NCBI GenBank assembly: GCA_030612025.1
Contig: JAUWOR010000006.1
Span: 36,749 to 100,748 of the forward strand
DNA from: Dehalococcoidia bacterium
GTDB lineage: Bacteria > Chloroflexota > Dehalococcoidia > GIF9 > AB-539-J10
Length of the DNA stretch: 64,000 bases
Reading direction: 5' to 3'
The notes under the pieces are model-generated. The model was not told the DNA's origin and did no database searches. It was given only the letters and a program-made list of their open reading frames with translations. The position numbers were made by a program, and so were the translations under genes. Positions 8,720 through 18,501 of the stretch are shown here, in pieces (positions within the stretch are counted from its first letter, which is position 1; each line of letters begins with the position of its first letter).

Positions 8720-9808
8720 ATGTCCACCTCAACACAAAGAACCGGGATTGCTAATTTGCCTTTGCACTATGGCAAGGTGCCTCCGTGGCTTTTTGGGCGG
8801 ATGTCTCAGCTTGCTCGGGAGATTGCCATTGTCATTATTGATGAATTTGGAGCTGAGGAGATGCTCCGCCGCCTTTCTGACCCTTTCTGGTTTCAAGCTT
8901 TTGGCTGTGTCCTGGGCTACGACTGGCATTCCAGCGGCGTTACTACCACTGTTTGCGGGGCTCTGAAAGAAGGGATGCGAGGCTTAGAAAAAGAACTTGG
9001 CCTGTTCGTTGCCGGCGGCAAGGGCAGGACTTCACGAAAAACCCCAGCGGAGATAGAAAGCTTTGGGCATCTGCTAAAAGTAAATCCATCGCCTCTAATC
9101 TATGCCAGTCGGATGTCAGCCAAGGTAGATAACTCAGCCCTTCAAGACGGCTATCAGCTCTATCACCATACTTTCTTCTTTACCAGAGACGGCTCCTGGG
9201 CAGTAATTCAGCAGGGCATGAATGAGATTAACCGCTATGCGCGGCGTTATCACTGGCTAGGAGAAAAAGTCGTTGATTTTGTTTGTGAGCCTGAGGCAGC
9301 TATTTGCTCCCAAGCTAGAGGCGAAGCACTAAACTTGGTAGCATCAGAGAGCACACAAGCGCGAAACGTCATCACCGATATTGCTGCTGAGGAAAAGCCG
9401 GAGAATATCGTAACCCAATTGAAGAAGCTAAAAACCTTGACTCTGCCCCGGCGATCTTACATCAGCCTCGAAGACATTCATCCCGACCGACTGAGCAAGC
9501 TCTTCACCATCGCTTATGAGCATCAACCAGAAAACTTTGAGTCACTGCTGGGGCTTGAAGGTATAGGACCAAAGACGCTTCGCGCTTTGAGTCTTATCTC
9601 AGAATTGGTTTACGATACACCGGTTAGCCTGCATGACCCGGCAAGCTACAGTTTTGCCCATGGTGGCAAGGATGGTCATCCCTATCCTGTGGATAGGAAG
9701 ACTTATGATGCTAGCATCGAATTTCTGGCTCAGGCGGTAGATAAAGCCAAGATTGGCGATAAAGAGAAGCTTGATGCCTTCAGACGCCTAAAAGTTTGGA
9801 CTGTATAA
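8720..9808 (+). CDS. DUF763 domain protein
   Basis: GIANLPLHYG, DWHSSGVTT, KVDNSALQDGYQLYHH, FAHGGKDGHP motifs. Confidence 0.9.
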   Translation: MSTSTQRTGIANLPLHYGKVPPWLFGRMSQLAREIAIVIIDEFGAEEMLRRLSDPFWFQAFGCVLGYDWHSSGVTTTVCGALKEGMRGLEKELGLFVAGGKGRTSRKTPAEIESFGHLLKVNPSPLIYASRMSAKVDNSALQDGYQLYHHTFFFTRDGSWAVIQQGMNEINRYARRYHWLGEKVVDFVCEPEAAICSQARGEALNLVASESTQARNVITDIAAEEKPENIVTQLKKLKTLTLPRRSYISLEDIHPDRLSKLFTIAYEHQPENFESLLGLEGIGPKTLRALSLISELVYDTPVSLHDPASYSFAHGGKDGHPYPVDRKTYDASIEFLAQAVDKAKIGDKEKLDAFRRLKVWTV

Positions 9809-9834
9809 CTAATAGTGATAACTAAGGTACAGGC

Positions 9835-10257
9835 TTAAAAGTTTAATGATTGACGAATAGTTGCTAAATCTCTTTGGAAAAAGCCTTTTACGTCACTATT
9901 ACTAAAATATTCCTGAACTGGCTTTTCAAGAAATTCTCTTTCTGCGGGGAAGTGAAGATACCTAGCAATTCTGCTTTGCTCATAAAGTTTCCTAAACGAT
10001 TGCCACACCTTAAATGAGTAGTTTTCTAAAATCATCTCGGTTCTGTAGTCATGATAGCTTCCTTTGTAATTACGAGGTTTGCTTATTTCGGTATGCACGA
10101 TTTTGGGATTCTGAAAGAAGGCAGCTTCAACATAATGGATAGCAGCGTAAAAGGTTGCAGTTATAATCCAATCCTTATATTCCAAGCTGGCTAATAGTTG
10201 CCGGGCTAGACTTTCATTATGTCGTGCTTGTCGCAAATGAGCTTGTAGAGATGCCAT
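9835..10257 (-). CDS. HEPN-domain protein (UPF0332-like), putative RNase toxin
   Basis: DWIITATFYAAIHYVEA helix and LYEQSRIARYLH (R..ARY/RX5H). Confidence 0.7.
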   Translation of the reverse strand: MASLQAHLRQARHNESLARQLLASLEYKDWIITATFYAAIHYVEAAFFQNPKIVHTEISKPRNYKGSYHDYRTEMILENYSFKVWQSFRKLYEQSRIARYLHFPAEREFLEKPVQEYFSNSDVKGFFQRDLATIRQSLNF

Positions 10258-10861
10258 CTAGACTTCTTGACCAAATCAGTTTCACATCTGGATTGAATAT
10301 CTGAGCTAAAGACTCAAACTCAGTGAGCCTGGGGATATATTCAAAGGAAAGAGGAACATCCTTAAATTGCAATCGAACATTTCTCTCACTGATGAGAAGC
10401 CGATTCATTAATTCGTCGTCATACTTTTCATTCGTTGTTAGTATAAGGAACCTTTTTCTCTGCAGGTATTCATCGGAATAAATCGAAAACACCTGCTCTA
10501 TTCCTTCAAAAATGCCTATAACCTTCCGTTCTATGCGAAATTCACTACTCTCCTCCTCAGCTTTCGTTGAGAACTCAACCCATCTAATAAGTGTACCAGA
10601 GTTCAGAGAAAAGACCTCTTCCCACATAGCCTCCAAGGTGGTTACAAGCTGGCGATCTAATAAATCGATAGCTTTAGAACACTGCTTAACTTTCTCAACC
10701 CCGAGATATTGTGTAACCTCTTTGCCAGCAGTAACTTCTTTAAAGGCATTCAGCAAAATCTCAGAAAACATCTTAAAGGTTGTATTCTCCACATCTTCTC
10801 GCCTTAGCCTCCATGGTGTATAAGGCTGGGTAACAGTGGATATAGAAGCAAGAGCACACAT
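10217..10861 (-). CDS. Hypothetical protein; C-terminal half resembles a degenerate nucleotidyltransferase fold
   Basis: ATG at 10861 after AGAGGAGG; C-terminal alternation VFSIY..FLILT..DELMNRLLISE..LSFEYIP; overlaps the HEPN gene. Confidence 0.55.
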   Translation of the reverse strand: MCALASISTVTQPYTPWRLRREDVENTTFKMFSEILLNAFKEVTAGKEVTQYLGVEKVKQCSKAIDLLDRQLVTTLEAMWEEVFSLNSGTLIRWVEFSTKAEEESSEFRIERKVIGIFEGIEQVFSIYSDEYLQRKRFLILTTNEKYDDELMNRLLISERNVRLQFKDVPLSFEYIPRLTEFESLAQIFNPDVKLIWSRSLDGISTSSFATSTT

Positions 10862-10863
10862 AC

Positions 10864-11571
10864 TTAATCCTCCTCTGTAAACAAAGACTTTAAATCGCTT
10901 TCCACAAAAGTGAAAACTTGGGAACAAAAAGCTGGAATCTGTTCTGCACTAAAATCATATTTCATCTCTGAGACTGTATTTATATCTGTCTCAATGAGCA
11001 AAGCATTAGCTTCTTCTAAGGTTTCTTTACCCTCAGGGCTAAGGCATCTAAATCTGTGCCATCTGTTTACCTTAAATTCTCCTAGAGCAAACTTGTGCAA
11101 AAAGTTCAGATTAAGTTCGCGCGGATCGACAATCGTTCCTGACTTCAAGAACTTTTTCATTAAGAAATCCACGGGGGACTCTTCTGGAAACACAGCTGAG
11201 TTTACAACAATCCCCATGCGCTCAACTTTCACTCTAAGTTCTGTTTTTACAGCCCTAGCAATGTTGGCAAGCTGAGTCAAAAAATCATCTTGCACCTCTT
11301 CAAGCTTTTTATTTTCACCTTTCTTCTGTCTTAAAAAAAACTCAAGTCTTTTAGGGCTTATGTGGCAATGAAACATCTTATTCTTATCCCCAAGGATAAT
11401 GCGCGGAATTTCAACGGGAGCATCATCAGGTATCGGTAAAATAGTCTGTTCACCACTAAACAAGTTTTTTGTAGCTTTGTTTAGATTTTGAGCAACTTCT
11501 ATTCTGTCAGACAGAGCTATATCGCTGAAAAGAACTACTAAAATTCTTCGGATAAAAATTTCCATTGCCAC
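10864..11571 (-). CDS. Distant TIGR04255-like protein
   Basis: 235 aa; VERMGIVV and LLIETDINT fall at positions equivalent to SRVGLRY and YFIDADFS of 62554..63345. Confidence 0.5.
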   Translation of the reverse strand: MAMEIFIRRILVVLFSDIALSDRIEVAQNLNKATKNLFSGEQTILPIPDDAPVEIPRIILGDKNKMFHCHISPKRLEFFLRQKKGENKKLEEVQDDFLTQLANIARAVKTELRVKVERMGIVVNSAVFPEESPVDFLMKKFLKSGTIVDPRELNLNFLHKFALGEFKVNRWHRFRCLSPEGKETLEEANALLIETDINTVSEMKYDFSAEQIPAFCSQVFTFVESDLKSLFTEED

Positions 11572-11703
11572 CTCTCTTATATTAGATTCAAACCCCGGCG
11601 AAAAGTATCAAACGCCTCATCAATATACGCCAAAAAACACTTCTTGACAATAGGGGGGACTTTGCACAATCCCGGTAGAACTTTCTTAAACAATCTGGCC
11701 TTA

Positions 11704-11805
11704 TACGATGCTAGCATTGAATTTCTGGCTCTGGCAGTGGACAAAGCCAAAATTGGCGATAAAGAGAAGCTTGATGCCTTCAGAAGATTAAAGGCTTGGC
11801 GGTAA
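11704..11805 (+). pseudogene. Duplicated 3' fragment of the DUF763 gene
   Basis: YDASIEFLALAVDKAKIGDKEKLDAFRRLKAWR* nearly identical to 9704-9808. Confidence 0.9.
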
Positions 11806-11827
11806 AGGAGGTTTTAGGGTGAGTTTT

Positions 11828-11883
11828 TCACCCTCACCTTAATCCTCTCCCGTCAAGGGAGAGGAAATTTGGCTCGCAATGAC
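11828..11883. repeat. Palindromic repeat family A with a family B tail (tcaccctcaccttaatcctctcccNtcaagggagagga...ctcgcaatgac)
   Basis: Near-identical copies at 45567-45604 and 47596-47651. Confidence 0.85.
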
Positions 11884-11932
11884 ATAGTGAAGTTATTGTT
11901 ACAAGGCTCTATAATATAGGGTAAGCAGTAAA

Positions 11933-13273
11933 ATGACCCATTTTGATATCGCATCTTATGTGTCCCACATCGAGGCTAATAGGTCAGTCAAGGATGCCCT
12001 GATGCAAAAGTTAAAGACTCGCCGGCCTCCATACCATATTTCAGTAACTGACCTGACTAACCTGAAGCAGGCTTACTTTAAGAGAAAATACCCGGAAATC
12101 GTTCCACCTCTGGAAAAACAACAGCTTCTGTGGGCTGGCACCGGGTTTCACAAGATCTTTGGTTCGGCTGTTTCCAGCGAAGAATATCTGGAGCAGTTTG
12201 TCGAAGCTGAGGGCATCGTAGGCAAAATTGATATCTATGAAAATATACCCATAGAGGTGAAAACAACCTCAACCCTGGTAAGCACGGGAGACTTGGCTAA
12301 ATATAGGCCGACTTATGTGGAACAACTGGGCATATACTGTGCTATGGTCAACTCCCTCCAGGGGAAAATCATTATTTACCAGCGCCACGATTCTACAGAA
12401 TCACCCCAAGCTCCGCTTATTGCCTACCAGGTTACTTTTCCCGATCTGGAAGCAATCCGAGAGGAAATGCGGCAAAGGCGAGATCTCTTGGTACAAGCAC
12501 TCATCTCAAATGACCCCAGTAATCTGCCTATCTGTGCTTGGTTTAATAGGGGATGTGATTATTCAGAAGTATGTGACTGCAGGACTACTTCGGTGCCGCT
12601 ATCATACACGATTGCTGAACTAGCAGGGCAAATCCAAATTGACGAGCCCACTTGCCAACAACTCCTTGATAAGCTTGCCAAGCCACAGCCATCTCGACTA
12701 TTTCGAACCAACGACCTCGTCTTCCCCCGTAAGGCATACTTTAAGCGTGCCAAGCCGCAAGAAATCGCCATTGACCAAGGGTTGCCGCAAGAAAAAGAAG
12801 AGCATCTTCGTTCCATGGATGAACTAGGCTTTCTCGATGCGCTTCGTGATGCGTTACGCTACGGCGCTCCAGGCGAAGTGGAAAGGATTCCCATACAACA
12901 TAGACTATTGGCTGACCTGGTCCAAGTCTGTCAGAACTTGCCCACCATCTTGCGCGACCCAAAGTTCTATTCCCTGGTGGAAAGGGAACGCTTGCCCTGG
13001 ACATTCCCTCATTATTTCCTCCGCCTGGGATTCGAGTGCGCCCTAACAGACCATCCCCAGGGCAGGCTACTGCTTTATTACGCTAACGTTCCTAGAGAAG
13101 ATGCTAAACTAATGGTCTATGATGCGACCTTTAGAAATTTGCATGCCCTCAAGACGGAGGCATTACGCCGCGTTGAGCTTTTGCAAAAAGCAACGTCTCC
13201 ACTTCAGCTTCCAAAATGTCCCTCATGGATGTGTCCTAACTGTAGCTATAAGTTTGAATGTGGTGAAGCATGA
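11933..13273 (+). CDS. Tandem Cas4-like PD-(D/E)XK nuclease (no CRISPR in window)
   Basis: ISVTDL, GTGFH, GKIDI..IEVKT, QLGIY, CAW..GCDYSEVC; second repeat FRTNDL...CPSWMCPNCSYKFEC. Confidence 0.75.
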   Translation: MTHFDIASYVSHIEANRSVKDALMQKLKTRRPPYHISVTDLTNLKQAYFKRKYPEIVPPLEKQQLLWAGTGFHKIFGSAVSSEEYLEQFVEAEGIVGKIDIYENIPIEVKTTSTLVSTGDLAKYRPTYVEQLGIYCAMVNSLQGKIIIYQRHDSTESPQAPLIAYQVTFPDLEAIREEMRQRRDLLVQALISNDPSNLPICAWFNRGCDYSEVCDCRTTSVPLSYTIAELAGQIQIDEPTCQQLLDKLAKPQPSRLFRTNDLVFPRKAYFKRAKPQEIAIDQGLPQEKEEHLRSMDELGFLDALRDALRYGAPGEVERIPIQHRLLADLVQVCQNLPTILRDPKFYSLVERERLPWTFPHYFLRLGFECALTDHPQGRLLLYYANVPREDAKLMVYDATFRNLHALKTEALRRVELLQKATSPLQLPKCPSWMCPNCSYKFECGEA

Positions 13274-13761
13274 ACTGGCTGGATATAGTTATCATAATAG
13301 TTACTCTCTTACTCGGCATGCTGGGATTATGGAGAGGAGCTATCAAGGCTGTATTTGGTATCGTCGGGTTAATAGGAGGTATAGCTCTAGCAGGGCATTA
13401 CTACCTGCCACTTGCCAGCATACTCTCCTCCGGTGAAGCTATTTGGTCGAGGATAGCTGCCTACGCTATTATCCTGGTGGCCACTTTGATTGTAGCTAGC
13501 GTAATCGGCTGGTTTGTAGCTCGCTTGGTTCACATCGTGATGCTCGGCTGGGTAGATAGGCTTATTGGTTTCATCCTTGGAGCCGCCATAGGTAGCATGC
13601 TATGCGCCGCTGTCCTTGCCATTGTAAGCAAGTATTTATCAGTCATGGGGGGAGTTATCTCTCAGTCTGTAATGGCAAAACTCTTGATGGAGCAATTTCC
13701 TTTGTTATTAGCGCTCCTCCCCGAGGAATTTGACTTCATTGCTGACTTCTTTTCACTCTAA
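13270..13761 (+). CDS. cvpA: CvpA (colicin V production) family membrane protein
   Basis: MNWLDIVII...GLWRG, DRLIGFILG. Confidence 0.88.
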   Translation: MNWLDIVIIIVTLLLGMLGLWRGAIKAVFGIVGLIGGIALAGHYYLPLASILSSGEAIWSRIAAYAIILVATLIVASVIGWFVARLVHIVMLGWVDRLIGFILGAAIGSMLCAAVLAIVSKYLSVMGGVISQSVMAKLLMEQFPLLLALLPEEFDFIADFFSL

Positions 13762-13795
13762 TCCACTCCCATCATGGGAGAGGGAGACTTGTTAT

Positions 13796-14122
13796 TTACT
13801 CCTCTAAAAGGTCATCCAGTATCTTCTTAAGTTCTTTCTTCGATTTGAGACCAATGATTTGCTGAACCGGCTGGCCGTCCTTAAATATAAGCATAGTGGG
13901 AATAGCAGCAATGCCATATTTAGCAGCTAGAGAACTATTGCCATCCACATTGACTTTAGCAAAGTTTATTTTACCAGCATATTCTTTAGCTAGTCCCTCC
14001 AAAATGGGAGCAGCAGCCAGGCAGGGAGCACACCAATTTGCCCAGAAATCTACCAAAGTCGGTAATTTCGATTGTACTACAGCCTTTTGAAAGTTGTCCT
14101 CACCTAGTATTGATTGCATCAT
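13796..14122 (-). CDS. trxA: Thioredoxin
   Basis: VDFWANWCAPC, IPT motif. Confidence 0.92.
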   Translation of the reverse strand: MMQSILGEDNFQKAVVQSKLPTLVDFWANWCAPCLAAAPILEGLAKEYAGKINFAKVNVDGNSSLAAKYGIAAIPTMLIFKDGQPVQQIIGLKSKKELKKILDDLLEE

Positions 14123-14145
14123 TGGCTTGACCTCCCATAAATAAT

Positions 14146-14922
14146 TTAAAAAGCTACGTCTAAAGCGAAGAAATTGATGGCATTTCTTGTTGTCAGCTCA
14201 GCAATTGTAGCCTCGTCAATTTCTTTAAGCTGAGCTGTGGCTTTTAAACTCCTCACTACATCAGCAGGTTTAGATTCATACTTTACCTCCCTGCCATAGG
14301 TAACAGGGCAATCTGTTTCCAAAAGTAACCTATTGAGAGGCGTTTCCTTAACTGCCCTTCTATGCTCTTCATGATACTCGGTGGCTGGCGTGGCAGAAAC
14401 AAAATAGCCAGCGGTAATTATATCCCTGAGAACGCTGGAAAAACCAGTGAACCAATGGAAAACAGCCTTATCTACTCCAGCATCTTGGACTAATTGGAAT
14501 GAATCCCTCCAGGCATATCTACTATGGATTATCGCTGGTTTGGCATATTTCTTAGCTAAATCTAAAAGACGCCTCAAAACATCCTTCTGTAATTCCTTTG
14601 ACGCGGCTTTCACTACCCTCTTATCATAGTCCAAGCCTATCTCGCCGATGGCAACCGCTGTGGCGATATTCTGCTCAATAAACTGTAAATTGTCATCGAA
14701 CTGAGGAGCCCCAAGACTACCTAGCTGCCAAGGATGCAAACCTAAAGCCGGATAGACGAAGGAGCAATATAGTTGAGAAATTTCCAATATTTTCACATTT
14801 GATTGATAGCCTGAGCCCACAGCCACTATAGCGCTAATGCCATTTTCTTTAGCTTCTTCAAGTATTAAATCAAGATTTTGTAGTTCGTCTAGGTGAGCAT
14901 GGGTATCGATGAGCTTATACAC
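14146..14922 (-). CDS. tatD: TatD family hydrolase
   Basis: DTHAHLD, GLHP, GEIGLD, IHSR, LLETDCP. Confidence 0.92.
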   Translation of the reverse strand: MYKLIDTHAHLDELQNLDLILEEAKENGISAIVAVGSGYQSNVKILEISQLYCSFVYPALGLHPWQLGSLGAPQFDDNLQFIEQNIATAVAIGEIGLDYDKRVVKAASKELQKDVLRRLLDLAKKYAKPAIIHSRYAWRDSFQLVQDAGVDKAVFHWFTGFSSVLRDIITAGYFVSATPATEYHEEHRRAVKETPLNRLLLETDCPVTYGREVKYESKPADVVRSLKATAQLKEIDEATIAELTTRNAINFFALDVAF

Positions 14923-15233
14923 TAAATTCTCTTTTCGTCGACCATGCCTTTATAGTACTTAAGCCCCGCTTCCGTCGGCTTATAGCCATAAAGGGAAAAC
15001 CTATCTCCTGGCTCCTTAGTAACTAGATTTGCTGATACCAATGCTCTCAGCATTGCCTCACCAAAATATCCCGCCAAATGAAGATGGTGGTCAGGGACAG
15101 TTCTATTGGTGGCTTCATATTCTCGGCAAATTGTGCCTAAGAGCTTGGCCGGCTCCTCATCGAGGCTTTCAAGGAGAGCCTGCATAGTTTGTGTTTTCCT
15201 GATTATAGCGACAAAATCTTCAAAGTCACCCAT
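14922..15233 (-). CDS. Hypothetical protein, possibly winged-helix-like
   Basis: 103 aa ORF packed in an operon between the DnaJ-class gene and tatD. Confidence 0.65.
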   Translation of the reverse strand: MGDFEDFVAIIRKTQTMQALLESLDEEPAKLLGTICREYEATNRTVPDHHLHLAGYFGEAMLRALVSANLVTKEPGDRFSLYGYKPTEAGLKYYKGMVDEKRI

Positions 15234-15238
15234 GTCTG

Positions 15239-16000
15239 CTAATTTTTAATCCTGACGGTAATATAGAGGGCGCCAGGATTTCCTCCTTTCAATCCCATTC
15301 CTCTCAACCTTATCTTTGTCCTGTCTGTAACGCCTGCTGGCACCTTGACCACAAGCTTTTTCTTTTCCTTGCCTCTTTGGTATTTAATCTTCTTCTCCAC
15401 CCCAGCAACGGCCTCGTTCTGAGAAAGGGCAATCTCATGATATAAGTCCGTTCCTTGATAAGGAAAGCTCCCTACACCCAGCATTCTTTTAAGGGCAAAT
15501 TTCATTACCTTGCCTATTAGCCGCAACAAGAGGGGCGGTTTATATTGTGTAGAAGAATATTGCTGACCTCTCCAATCTGGCTGGCCAGAGAAAACAAAGG
15601 TAAATCCTCTGCCGCCAAAGAACATATTGTCTACAAATCCCTCATCGAACCTCAAACCTGCTCCTTGAAACATCTTCACGAACTCCTGAAACAAATATGG
15701 ATTGGTAAATGCGTCCCTGAACACCTGCTCCTGAGTATAATATCGCCCACCGGTGTATTGAGGACCATATCCAGCTCCAACAAAACCAGCCCATCTCATC
15801 CTATCATATTCCCGTCTCTTCCCCTCATCACCCAATACGACATAAGCTTCATTGATATCCTTGAATTTTTCTCCAGCCCATTCCTCGTTTCCCAAGTTTC
15901 TATCGGGGTGGTATTTCATAGCAAGCCTTCTGAAGGCATGCTTTATCTCCTCCTCGCTAGCCCCTTCAGGCATACCAAGAATAGAATAATAATCTTTCAT
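15239..16000 (-). CDS. DnaJ-class J-domain protein (CbpA-like)
   Basis: [12 protein letters not shown], partial DnaJ C-terminal domain; no zinc finger. Confidence 0.88.
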   Translation of the reverse strand: MKDYYSILGMPEGASEEEIKHAFRRLAMKYHPDRNLGNEEWAGEKFKDINEAYVVLGDEGKRREYDRMRWAGFVGAGYGPQYTGGRYYTQEQVFRDAFTNPYLFQEFVKMFQGAGLRFDEGFVDNMFFGGRGFTFVFSGQPDWRGQQYSSTQYKPPLLLRLIGKVMKFALKRMLGVGSFPYQGTDLYHEIALSQNEAVAGVEKKIKYQRGKEKKKLVVKVPAGVTDRTKIRLRGMGLKGGNPGALYITVRIKN

Positions 16001-16086
16001 GGCACGGTTACTTACTCCAAAGTAAACTAGCTAACATTTTAGCGGTTGGGGGTCACTTTTAGCAAGCGAAGCTATTATAGCTGCCA

Positions 16087-16115
16087 TTGACAGTGGAAGT
16101 ATCCTCGGCTACAGT
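16087..16115 (+). promoter_or_regulatory. sigma70-like promoter for padR
   Basis: TTGACA-17bp-TACAGT. Confidence 0.55.
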
Positions 16116-16149
16116 AAGAAGAAATTCAGAATATAGCTGGGGGTACTAG

Positions 16150-16488
16150 ATGATGGATTATGGACGTGAGTTGCTCAAAGGGAATACCGATTGCTTACTT
16201 CTTTGTTTAATCAACAATCAACCCACATACGGTTATCAAATCATAAAGGAATTGGAGAAGAGGAGCAACGGATATTTCCAATTCAAAGAGGGAACTTTGT
16301 ATCCTGCTCTCCACCGCATGGAGAAGGAGCAGCTTATTAAGGGCGAATGGCAAATGCTACCTAATGGGCAACAAAGACGGTATTACCATATAACTAAAAG
16401 GGGAAAGCAAGTTTTAGCCAAAAGGCTGGCTGTGTGGCAAGATTTCTCTACCGCGGTTAGATTAGTTACACAACCAGCAACAACTTAG
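16150..16488 (+). CDS. PadR family transcriptional regulator
   Basis: ELLKG, YGYQI, EGTLYPALHRME, RRYY.IT..G. Confidence 0.93.
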   Translation: MMDYGRELLKGNTDCLLLCLINNQPTYGYQIIKELEKRSNGYFQFKEGTLYPALHRMEKEQLIKGEWQMLPNGQQRRYYHITKRGKQVLAKRLAVWQDFSTAVRLVTQPATT

Positions 16489-16495
16489 CACCACG

Positions 16496-17385
16496 ATGGC
16501 AAACAATTTAAGCGATTACCTAGATAGTATTAAAATCTGCCTCAAGTGCGATTCGGCAGTTAAGGCGAGTGTGACTCGTGAACTTCAGACACACCTCGAG
16601 GATAAAAGCCAAGAGCTAAGGGAAACCGGGCTTAGTGAGGATGAGGCAAATAACATCGCCACAGAATCCTTCGGCTCCCCTCAATTAATCGCTCAGCAAA
16701 TCTACGAAGTCCATAGCCAGGGTACGTGGCAAGAAGCTTTTTTCGCTGCCTTGTCTCATTTGCTGGTTGCCTTGCTTTTTTTGCTTCATACTATTGGCAA
16801 AACATCATCTGCTTATCAATCATATTAGTAGCGGTTACTTGTATAGTAATTTATGGCTGGTGTCATAACAAACCAATGTGGTTTTTCCCCTGGTTAGGAT
16901 ATTATCTACTCCCAGTAATAATTACTGGTATGCTATTAATTTACTTGCCTCATGGCTGGGTTTGGTTAGCGACACTTGCTTACTTTCCTTTAGCTCTATT
17001 TGCGTTTGCCTACATAATGAAACAAACTGCAAGTCGCGATTGGCTTTATGTGTCGTTAATGCTAGCCCCACTTCCAGTAGTATTCAGTTGGTCATTAGCC
17101 CTAGGCATAAATGAGTCCTTGCCAAGCAACATGCTGTCAGCACGATTGCAACCAGCTATTCCCTGGATAGTTATTAGTTTCCTTGTTTTGGCTGTGGCAA
17201 CCTTTGCATACGCTCGTGTAAGGCAGAGGTGGTGCAAAGCTGCTACTTTGTTAATTCCGCCAAGCGTAATCCTGGTTTCAGTAACTCTAGTAAACAGAGG
17301 AAATATTGGTTTCTGGGGTTGGCTGATATTACTCTTCTCTTTATTCGCTCTCGCTAGCCCAGCCTGGCTGCAAGCCAGGTCATAG
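16496..17385 (+). pseudogene. HAAS/permease-prefix domain membrane protein, frameshifted at a T7 run (16776-16782)
   Basis: ELQTHLED...GLSEDEA...FGSP N-terminal domain; the TM part continues in another frame. Confidence 0.75.
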
Positions 17386-18480
17386 CTACGAAGTCTGAGC
17401 TTGCTCGTGGTTCCACAGACCTACTTGAGGTTGACAAACCTTTTTATAAGGCAAACCCAAGTGTTCGTAAGCAAGCCTCGTAGCTGCTCTACCGCGGGGT
17501 GTACGGTCCAAAAAGCCTAACTGAAGAAGATAGGGTTCGTAAACATCCATAATAGTATCAGCCTCTTCACTAATAGAGGCAGCGATGGTATCTAGACCTA
17601 CAGGTCCACCATCAAATTTATCAATTATTGTATGGAGCACCCTGCGATCCACATCGTCCAAGCCTACAGAGTCTATTTCGAGTTTTGAAAGCCCCTCCAG
17701 AGCTACTTCCCTAGTAATCACCCCATCCGCCATGACCTGAGCATAATCCCGCAGTCGCTTTAGGAGACGATTAGCCACCCGTGGCGTGCCTCTAGCACGC
17801 CGAGCAACTTGAACAAGCCCCTCCCCCTCCACTGGCACCTTAAGAATGGCTGAAGAGCGCTTTAGAATCATCTCTATCGCCGACTTATCATAGAAATCAA
17901 GGTGATATATCGCTCCGAATCTGTCGCGAAGTGGGGGACTCAATAAGGCGAAGCGAGTGGTGGCTCCAATTAAGGTGAAATGGGGTAAATTCAAGCGCAA
18001 ACTCCTGGCTGCTGGACCTTTACCCAGAAAGATATCAAAAACGAAGTCCTCCATTGCTGGATAGAGCTTCTCTTCTACGATGCGACTAAGCCGATGAACC
18101 TCATCAAGGAAAAGAATATCGCCCTCGCGCAGGTTAGTTAGAATAGCTGCCAAATCTCCGGGGCGTTCTATCGCTGGCCCTGAACTAACTTTAATATTGA
18201 CCCCCATCTCAGCAGCAATGATGTAAGCAAGGGTAGTCTTTCCTAAACCAGGAGGCCCATAGAGGAGGATATGATCTAGAGACTCTTGCCTTTTCTGAGC
18301 AGCAGCAATAGCTATTTTCAAGTTCTCCTTAACTTTTTCTTGACCTACAAATCCACTGAGGCGCTTGGGGCGAAGGTTTAAATCGATAGGTATATCCTCA
18401 CTAGCCGGTTTGCCAGAAACCACACGGCCCTCGTCAGATAAAGGGGAGTGTGGCGAGGACATCCCTTGAACATTTGACAT
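17386..18480 (-). CDS. ruvB: Holliday junction branch migration helicase RuvB
   Basis: [35 protein letters not shown]. Confidence 0.97.
   Translation of the reverse strand: MSNVQGMSSPHSPLSDEGRVVSGKPASEDIPIDLNLRPKRLSGFVGQEKVKENLKIAIAAAQKRQESLDHILLYGPPGLGKTTLAYIIAAEMGVNIKVSSGPAIERPGDLAAILTNLREGDILFLDEVHRLSRIVEEKLYPAMEDFVFDIFLGKGPAARSLRLNLPHFTLIGATTRFALLSPPLRDRFGAIYHLDFYDKSAIEMILKRSSAILKVPVEGEGLVQVARRARGTPRVANRLLKRLRDYAQVMADGVITREVALEGLSKLEIDSVGLDDVDRRVLHTIIDKFDGGPVGLDTIAASISEEADTIMDVYEPYLLQLGFLDRTPRGRAATRLAYEHLGLPYKKVCQPQVGLWNHEQAQTS
18428..18459. repeat. Repeat family D (ccctcgYcagataaRggg...ggcgagga) in the 5' end of ruvB
   Basis: Related copies at 18549-18578, 22450-22479 and 55295-55327. 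Confidence 0.65.
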
Positions 18481-18501
18481 AATGCCGTTCCTTTATTATT
18501 G

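Noticed and set aside
11600-13300. CRISPR-Cas locus suggested by the Cas4-like gene
   Set aside because: No repeat-spacer array and no cas1, cas2 or effector genes in the window.
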